A stretch of DNA of 64,000 nucleotides from Eledone cirrhosa (lineage: Eukaryota), in NCBI GenBank assembly GCA_964016885.1, contig OZ024740.1, positions 346,456,001-346,520,000 on the forward strand, read 5' to 3'. The notes under the pieces are model-generated. The model was not told the DNA's origin. It ran no database searches and saw nothing but the letters and a program-made list of their open reading frames with translations. The position numbers were made by a program, and so were the translations under genes. Of the stretch, positions 55,390 through 64,000 are shown piece after piece (positions within the stretch are counted from its first letter, which is position 1; each line of letters opens with the position of its first letter).

Positions 55390-55930
55390 ACAAGGTTATG
55401 CGTAGGTATATGTGCGTCTGTATGTGTGTGTATATGTGTATGTGTGTGTGTGTGTGTGTGTGTGTACACATATATACATATGTGCGTATAAGTATGTATG
55501 TGTATGTGCGTATATACATGTGTATGTGTATATATGCGTGCGTATTCATATATGTATATGTGTATACGTGTGTGTCTGCATGCGTGTGTATATGTGTGTG
55601 TCTATGTACACACACATACATATATATATGGTGTGTTTATCTGTCAGTGGGTGTGTGTGTGTTTGGTTGCGTACGTACACCCACATGAGACAGGGTTTGT
55701 CTATGTGTTTATATGCGGGTACATGTACTTGTGTGTAGATATATGTACAGGTGTGTGTATGTGTGTGTGGGTGTGCCTGGGTTTATGGAAGAGAGGGAGC
55801 GTGTGTGCGTCTATATAGGTGCATTGGTGTGTGTGTGTCTACACATGTATGCGTACTTATGTGTATGCATGCATACGTGTGTGCCTGCGCGTGTGTGTGT
55901 ATTTGTGTGTGTGTGTGTGTATATGTGGGT
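55100..55930. repeat. Degenerate (TG)/(TA) alternating purine-pyrimidine tract
   Basis: Seen directly. Confidence 0.95.
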
Positions 55931-57352
55931 ACATACTCTGGAGTGTGAACAGACGTGTGAGATACCAAACCCAGCATGGCTCCATTGAAGTGTGTCGGAC
56001 GGAAAATGGTTGATGACCCGTGTAGCAGTAAATAATGAACAGAACTTATGATGACGTAGAATAACAACTGCCAATGTATACGTGTGTGTCTGCATGACAA
56101 GTTGGAAGAGGTTTTTTGAAGGTGTTTTTTTACGATTACACCCGACTGAGAAAATTTGCTCCGAACATATTGCCTGTCTCCGAAAGAACCTGCAGCCGTA
56201 GAATCAGCCAGATTCCTACAGTGATCATGTCTCGAGCTACCTGCCGGCGAAACAATTGTAACACGCAATAAACTGAGTCCAGATGCAACACTGATTTTCG
56301 TTGTTTTATAATATATCACACTCTGCTCTGTATGAATATTGAGTGCTAAATTTGGCATACCGCCTATGGAAGCACCATAGTTACCATTATACACACGTAT
56401 ATATATATATATAAACAAAAAATTCAATAGAAAATGCTGGAGGGATTTTTTCAGTATAATATGAAAACATTTATTTATAAAGTATGTATTTCCGCATTTA
56501 ATAGTGGTACTGTTTTAACCATTATATGCTTTTTGAACGGCGGATGTGCAAAGTGCAGTTAAGTTGCATATTTATACGAATAATAATAAAATAGGGAAGA
56601 CAAATTATTAGTTTTTGCCTACATATTTAGAGGCGAAGTCATGTTTCCGTCCGAGGTTATCCTTCGTTCTGTGTTGAGAGAACGAAGGACAGTACTCGAT
56701 AGGTTTGTAGATTATAGTCCCCTTTATTTTGTATAGAAATGTATTCTACCGGAATAGTGAGGATTTCAAACGAAAGAAACAGTTCTAGTCCTGTAGAAAT
56801 AATTTCTATATTAAATAAAATTATCTATATATCACTTCCCCAACCTCTCTCTCTCTCTCTCACTCTCTCTATCTATCTATATATCTATCTATCTCTGTAC
56901 ATATACACACATATGTGTGTGTGTCTGTATATATATAAAAATACATACGTGTCCGTGTGAAAGAGAGCGCACACGTGCATATATGTTCATATACATACAC
57001 ATAATCTAAAAAATATATAAAATTATGTGAAAAAATGAAAGAAAGGTCAATGGTTAACAGAGTTGGTTTAAGTTTCTCGAAGTCTTGACCTGCAGTTTGT
57101 TTTGAGGCATATATCAAAAAGTAAATAATCGAATAAAGTTGAAGGCGAGCGGTAGGCGGATGCGCTAAAAAAACGACACTGACATAAATCAATATCAAAG
57201 ATTTTCAAATGTACTATGATCGGACGTAAAATAACAATGGAACAAGAATATTACACGTGTATTATCTCGTAAATTATAAACATGACGAAGTCACTTTCTT
57301 TGTATCTGTACATATATCCACATATATGTAAACATGTGCATATAAATATATG

Positions 57353-57383
<31 letters not shown>

Positions 57384-57873
57384 TTGTCCGCACACACATA
57401 CGCTCCTCCCATATATATATATATATATATATATGAATGTATATATGTATATATGTATATTTATACATCTATGTATATATATATATATATATACATATGT
57501 GTGTGTGTGTGTGTGTGTGAAATTTTCAGAATTATCGTATGTTTTATGTTGTATTCATGCTTTTATATAAATATAATTATATTTGTTTTATGTAGCTTTG
57601 CGTGTGTTCATTTTAAAAGATTGATATTTGCAGATATATATTGACACTCACTCATATACATTCAAATATATGCTATACATGACGGATTGAATTACGTTTC
57701 ATTATGTTGATTATTATTTTAAATTAAACCCACGAAGCGTAACATTTATTTATAACCAGCAGATTATACTCTAATCCTGTATTATGACTTTGAATCGTAA
57801 CTGAAAACATATATACAGTCATAAATTATATCAGGAGCTCTAACGTCTTTTTAAATAACTTTTTTTCCTCTAT

Positions 57874-57971
57874 TTCTTCTTCTTCTTCTTCTTCTTCTTC
57901 TTCTTCTTCTTCTTCTTCTTCTTCTTCTTCTTCTTCTTCTTCTTCTTCTTCTTCTTCTTCTTCTTCTTCTT

Positions 57972-58032
<61 letters not shown>
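57874..58032. repeat. (CTT)n(CTA)n compound trinucleotide repeat
   Basis: Seen directly. Confidence 0.98.
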
Positions 58033-58589
58033 GACACACGCTATTTCTAATATATATTCTTTAGAATTGACATATGGAAATTTTGTACAATGCTCAAGAT
58101 ACCCTATCTGTCAGAAATCTTATATAATTCATGTTTACACCACTAATATATTTTAAGAACAAAGAAATGGCGTTCATTTTTAGTCCGATATGATTTAACA
58201 TATGTAAAAAAGAGGTACATTTACTATTCGTAAATATACTGGCAATATTTCTAGTAAGGTTTATGTCAAATATATACAATCAGAAATACGAGTAGTACAA
58301 CATTGCAGATTTATCAGTTTTCTTGTGTTTGTGATGGGTAATTTTATTGTTTGTCAACAGATGAACGGTAGGTAAGTAGATCCATGATGAAAGGTGTTCC
58401 AAACACTAGCAATACTCTCGCTTGACCTGTGTGGTTTCTATAGAATCGTGGGCTCACATTGCAATCACATAACTCCAGTTGCAATCCAAAAAAACAGCAC
58501 TTCGTGCATCTGCCTTTAGCTATACCTTCAGTGTGACTCGTTGTTTGTGAGTGTAATTTGGTTGACAAAGACTAAATCCACTAATGGCA

Positions 58590-58608
58590 TATACATATAT
58601 ATATGTGT

Positions 58609-58707
<99 letters not shown>

Positions 58708-58745
58708 TGTGTGTGTGTGTGTGTGCCTGTGTATGTGTGTGTGTA
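58590..58745. repeat. (TG)n
   Basis: Seen directly. Confidence 0.98.
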
Positions 58746-60749
58746 ATCTTTGTATCTATGTATATAAGGAACCCACACAGCTACACCTTCTCTGCAGTTT
58801 AATATGCATCAATTAATTAAAAGTTTAATTTTGAGTTCGTTAAAGAGACATATTCTTGTTGATGCTTTCTTCAGTCTCATGTCTGTCCTCTTTGCAAAAA
58901 TGACAAAAAAAAAAATGTGATCAAATGTATTCCAATTAGGATCGATTTTCCTCTTTATTACAGTGTCTATCAAAGATCAAATTATATAAGGTGACCTTCC
59001 TCTTTGATGAGGGTGAGGTGCTATTGGAAGGGGTATGCCTGCTATGAGCGTACATACATTGATGTTGTTTAACTAAGCCATTTCCACGAAATTACTCTAA
59101 CAAATTGACACCTCAATATATAACATAGCGTGGTCATCAATTTGCAATATTTTTAAATATGAGAGCATCTGCGCCGCTGAAATACTTACTACAGATTGAA
59201 TTAATTTTTCATACATATTTATGTGTATTCATACAACAGAAAAATGAAATTAGAATATTGTGACTTGTATTTGTTAAACTGATTCCAATTAGGAATCTAA
59301 CTCATATTAAGTGATTTTCATTTATGTCTGATGTTATTGTTATAGTAATACAAATACTTGTAATTTGCCTACGTAAAAAAAAATCAATTATTATTAGAGA
59401 TTTTCATATATGAAAAGTAAATAAAGTAATTTGGCATTAATGTTCATTTTTGTCTCAATATTATTGAGGAAATAATGTGAAATACCACACACAAAACGAT
59501 AAAATATTAAGCGTTTATCTAATTGTTTCCGTGATAATATATGAGCAAGACCTGTGAATGTGTAGCTATGGTTTATTTGTGTGTTGTTCAAACAATTATC
59601 AACGTTGATAGCACAACACTGCATATTTTTTTCTAAGGAGAGCATACAATAACATAACTGGAAGTATAAGAGAAACTGAAGTAAATCAAATTTCTAAAAT
59701 ATCTGAAAACTAATGATGCTACGCAACCAGCATTCAATTTTAGTCAGGTTAGTTCATAGTAACATTCGCACGCACACTGTTTCAAAATAAATGTGTTTAA
59801 GGTTTCCCTTTGTTTATTAGCAGTTAAGTGCAGATATCAAAATGAATTTAAAAATATAAGAAAAATAGGGACACCATTACATCCAATATGCATTACAATT
59901 AAAATTAATCAAAACTTCATACTGTAAACCCTCCCTTTTCTCTCGAATCGATAAAATATGTGCTTTTCAAAATGCGATGTAATGTTGTTGAGGTATAGAG
60001 AAGTATATAATAAACGCTATAAACTAGTCGTTATAACTCAGTTCAACATTTTAATGGATGAATTCATCTAACACTTCGTATGTTCCACTAATAAAACAAG
60101 CGTAATTATGTTAAATATGTGTGTGTATTACTCTTAAAAGGAAGAAGTATTCTCCACTTTACAGATGTACGTTTTCTGTGTGGTGCCTAATTGAAGAATG
60201 ACGCCTTACATGCTGAAACAAATAAGTGTCTTTCTGTTAGCTATTTCATTTAACTCTTAATATTTATATACAGGTAAATAGATAAAACTGATGTTTTGTA
60301 AGCCAGAAACCTTTGTGTGGTCCTTGAACCTGATAGAAGTATCATTAAATAAGAAAAAAAAAGAACCTTTATTGATGGGTTATCTTGAAATACGCTGATA
60401 ATAGCTCTACTATTTCAAAGTCGAATTGACATAATAAAACAAAAACAAGGATTATTCAAAACCATATAAGAACTCTTGTGATATGCTTGAAATTTGCTAA
60501 TTTGCAACTGTTGACCAGCATATTTTGGTTAGTCCTATGTGGTTAGACGACCTTTGGCGATTTACACACGAGATTGAAAAGAATGTTTTACTAGGGCAAA
60601 AGAAGAATTCGAGCCAAGTATTCCAAGTACTTTATTAGTAATCTGTTTCGTTGACTACAGATTCAAAGGAACATAGGCTCTCTGGGTCATTTGAATCCAG
60701 AATGCAGAAAGAGACAAATAAATCACACAGAAAATGTGGTATCCTCCAC

Positions 60750-61119
60750 TTTCTACTTTAGGCAAAAGGCCGATAATTTGAAGTGGCGGGGAAAGCGGAC
60801 TAAATCGACCCCAGTGCTTACTGGTGCTTTATTGTATCCATCCCGTAAGGATGATTGGCAAACTTGACCTCGGCGGTATTTTAACTCAGAACGTAAAGGG
60901 TCGTAACTCTATACCCCGAAGTATGTTGCCCGGCGTTCTAACGATACTGCCAACCCATTGCATTAAGTCACCAGTGCATTACTGGTGCTTTATTTGATCG
61001 ACCTCGTAATCATGAAAGGCAAAGTTAACCTCGGCGGGTTTTGAACCCAGAGCGTAAAGGGGCGTAACTCTATGCTGCAAAGTATGGTGTCCTTCCTTCT
61101 ATCGATAGTGCCAATCCAC
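60750..61119 (-). mobile_element. Two SINE family A copies (60750-60956, 60971-61119)
   Basis: acctcggcgg..aac.caga.cgtaaaggg..gata.tgccaa in each. Confidence 0.85.
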
Positions 61120-61369
61120 TAATGATAATCAACATTAATCGAAATTGAAGAAATAACAATTGATGGATATTAATAGAAACAGAAGTAGAAGAAACCAGAA
61201 ATTTATTTTACAGAACATAAGGATGAGACACATGTGAGATATAGGTGTTGAAGAAGAGTAAGGATGTTTTTCTAAGGAAAACGTCTCATTTATAATAAAT
61301 ATTAGCAATTATAATATATTTATATATATATTTATACGAGATTTTATTAGCATCTGTAAAACACATTGT

Positions 61370-61436
<67 letters not shown>

Positions 61437-62599
61437 TTTTTGTGTGTGGTGGATATTTAAACGGATGCACGTGTCTGAATATTAGTGAAAGTAGAAACCC
61501 GGTGGAAATGAGAGCTAATATTTACTTGACATTAGTTTTCAATTATTCACTCTATCAAAGTAAATGAGGAAGAGTATGATTTGTCTTGTTTTAATCGGAA
61601 TACAAATTGCTATATCTTTGAATGTAATTCATGATTTATATTTCCTATCCCTTCTAATTAGTTATTAGAATGATTTCCTTGAAACAAATCAAAATAAAAT
61701 AAAAGAATTCACCGGATATCTTTTCCAGGAATGTAGATGAAAATGCAAAATCTGATATATATGTAAATGAACGCATTTTGAGTCTTTAGCTGGAATTATA
61801 TAGGTGTGTGTGAAATACAGATGAATTTTTTAAAGCCATGAGTCAATGATATATAATATAGTTTGCTAGACGTAAACATATTTAAATACATTAATGTGTA
61901 TATACTTATGTATATATACTGGAATAACTATTTTCACTTGAAAAGAATAGCTTGAATTTACTCACTTTCGATAATCACATTTTAAAATATTAATGCTTTT
62001 CATGATGTAATTTATAGTTCTCTTAACTTGAAACAGTATTAGCTAATATTTTTCAAGTTAATTACATTCTTCCAAAATGTTGAAAATATGCATTTATACA
62101 GCAAAAATGCTCATGAAGAACAGCTAAGCCAGTTTGAATCGAATAGATATCCCGACTGCTCAATTGAACATACCACGTATAATTATATCATTATATAATC
62201 AAACTAATATTACCGTCCTTTGTAATAGAATGTTTATGCTGGGGAAAGTATCCATGATTATGGCTTAACTTCACATCATCTCGAGTAAAAATATAATTCA
62301 GCTATAATTATTCAATATCAATATCAATATCAAACTTATTAGAAGAATAGCAAGTTACACTTCTATCATGTGAAAAACGGTTAGTTAAAATTTGCCATTA
62401 AAGATTATAAAATGTGGTCAAGTAGAAATACTGACCGAAAGATTAAAATGCATCATATCACAGCTATTGTTCAATTATGCTAAGCAGACAAAGGGTATAT
62501 CTTTAAGTGGCTGTATTAACATGCTGAGTTAAAGTATAGCCACTACTAGTATTACTATTGTTCCTCTCCAAATTACAATAGAAAATAGTAACCTAACTA

Positions 62600-63250
62600 A
62601 ACATGAAAGAACAGCCGAACTCCCCCTGTCATCGCCTCTATCTCTCCGTATTGTGAGCAAATGGAGTCCCACGTGCTGGCCTCCCCACAGCCCCGGCAGG
62701 CAGAATGGAGAAGGCGTTTCCCCGGAGGATGGTCAGGGAGTATATATTTTGATAGGGTTATTCTCTAGTCAATGTTAGTGTTGTAGGTTGATTATCTATC
62801 GGATAAGGGCTAAAACCAAAAGATGTAGCTACCATTCACGATAAATATTCTCGACACGGACGAGAGGTTTATTTTGCGTTAGTTTTAAATAGTATCTGTT
62901 AATGATCGTTAGTTAAAATCGGAGAACATTTGCATGTACATATATTTTTTTGTAATTATTAATGCTACCTTCATGAAATCATTATTGTTTGTTATTGTAA
63001 GTCGAATATTAAATTGCCATATTAGACATACCGGTATTGTGCACGCTGAAGCAATACTCTACATAAATCCTCATGGATTCCTTTAGAGGTTTTCACATAT
63101 AGCATGAGCGAGATTAAATCGCATTATTATAGCAGATTCAACGACTAGAATGGACACAGAATCCGTATGCAGAAACTTATATCTGATAATCCTCTTATCA
63201 TTTAGACATTGATATACGCACCGTTGTTTGAGAACGGCAGATGTAGATTT
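62600..63250 (-). mobile_element. Possible CRE-like (RLE) non-LTR retrotransposon 3' remnant
   Basis: Minus strand near 62700-62742 reads SLTILRGNAFSIL, like the CRE-type C-terminal LS..IQRGNA.SIL motif. The upstream part is highly degenerate. Confidence 0.4.
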
Positions 63251-64000
63251 CATTAGCTCAGATCTTGATAAAGTTAAACATTCAATGTCTTAGCTATGTT
63301 TATAGATGATAATAATCTACTAGCAGTATCATAGTCTTACATTGCAGGTATATACTCAGCCTTGCAAATAAATACTTTTAAAATAAATATTAATCTTAGA
63401 ATTTATAATTATTATTACGCATTCGTATATTTAATATAAAGTAAAACATCCAATTTATCATGTTAATCGAAGGTATGAATTGTATGATAAATATTATAAC
63501 ATGTATAAATATAGCTAAGACATAAACAGTTTAACTTTATTACGATCGCAGCATATGAAGTCAATAATTTTGTAATAATACTTTATTATAATTATCACCC
63601 ATGATCCCGTAATTTTTTATACAGTTTGTCATGGTCCAGATGGTTTGATTGATGTAATAATTAATATAATAAAGTTTTAAATTCTATGCATTAGCCATGT
63701 ATATTCAGATAATAATCTTATTAAGCATAATTCTATATTACTCTTATAATATTTTACATCATTCCTATTATCTCATCTAAATATGTTCTTTCTTACATTG
63801 TTATATTTTGAAATGTAGGTATGAATGAATTCATTCTAAATGTCGATTTTATTTTTTATTTTCTTATTAAACGCTTTTGTTGTTTTTAACATACAGCTTT
63901 TCGATAAAATGTTCTTTGCGTGCGTGCTACTTTTGTTATTATTGCGATGCGTGGTTATAAATCTATCTCTAATTTCGTCTGATGACGAAAACCTTTGAAT

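Noticed and set aside
55783-56427. 214-aa minus-strand ORF
   Set aside because: Partly a (CA)n translation; no recognisable domain or clear splice signals.
58843-58880. Minus-strand gaga CTGAAGA ... GAATATGTC tctt
   Set aside because: No stem II pairing and a defective GAAA.
62660-62770. TAACCCTA (telomerase-template-like, minus strand) and an HDV-like CCTCCCC loop (plus strand)
   Set aside because: No pseudoknot, CR4/5 or H/ACA elements are recognisable, and there is no P1 partner for an HDV fold.
63971-63992. CTGATGAC GAAA near the window end
   Set aside because: No room for stem II and no stem I or III; it is just a small tttcgtc/gacgaaa hairpin.

Overview
AT-rich animal genomic DNA with very dense (TA)n, (CA)n, (GA)n and (GAA)n microsatellites. 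The SINE families and repeat landscape look like an octopus/coleoid cephalopod genome (inference; no database search was run). No host protein-coding gene can be supported, and almost all listed ORFs are microsatellite translations. The window is mostly decayed transposons: about 20 tRNA-derived SINE copies; two copies of one CR1/L2-group LINE (one 5'-truncated with an uninterrupted 770-aa ORF2, one near full-length with ORF1 and an internal RT deletion); Tx1/L1, RTE, R4/Dong and CRE-like fragments; several Penelope-like elements (PLEs); an orphan SGNH-esterase ORF; and a Helitron-like element. The most striking signal is nine hammerhead-ribozyme motifs (plus one weak one), read by eye, in five unrelated repeat families. 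Most lie in short non-coding units at (TA)n tracts. They include a U3-A8 compensatory variant and one with a stem II of about 83 nt. Fold-back palindromes also recur at insertion junctions.
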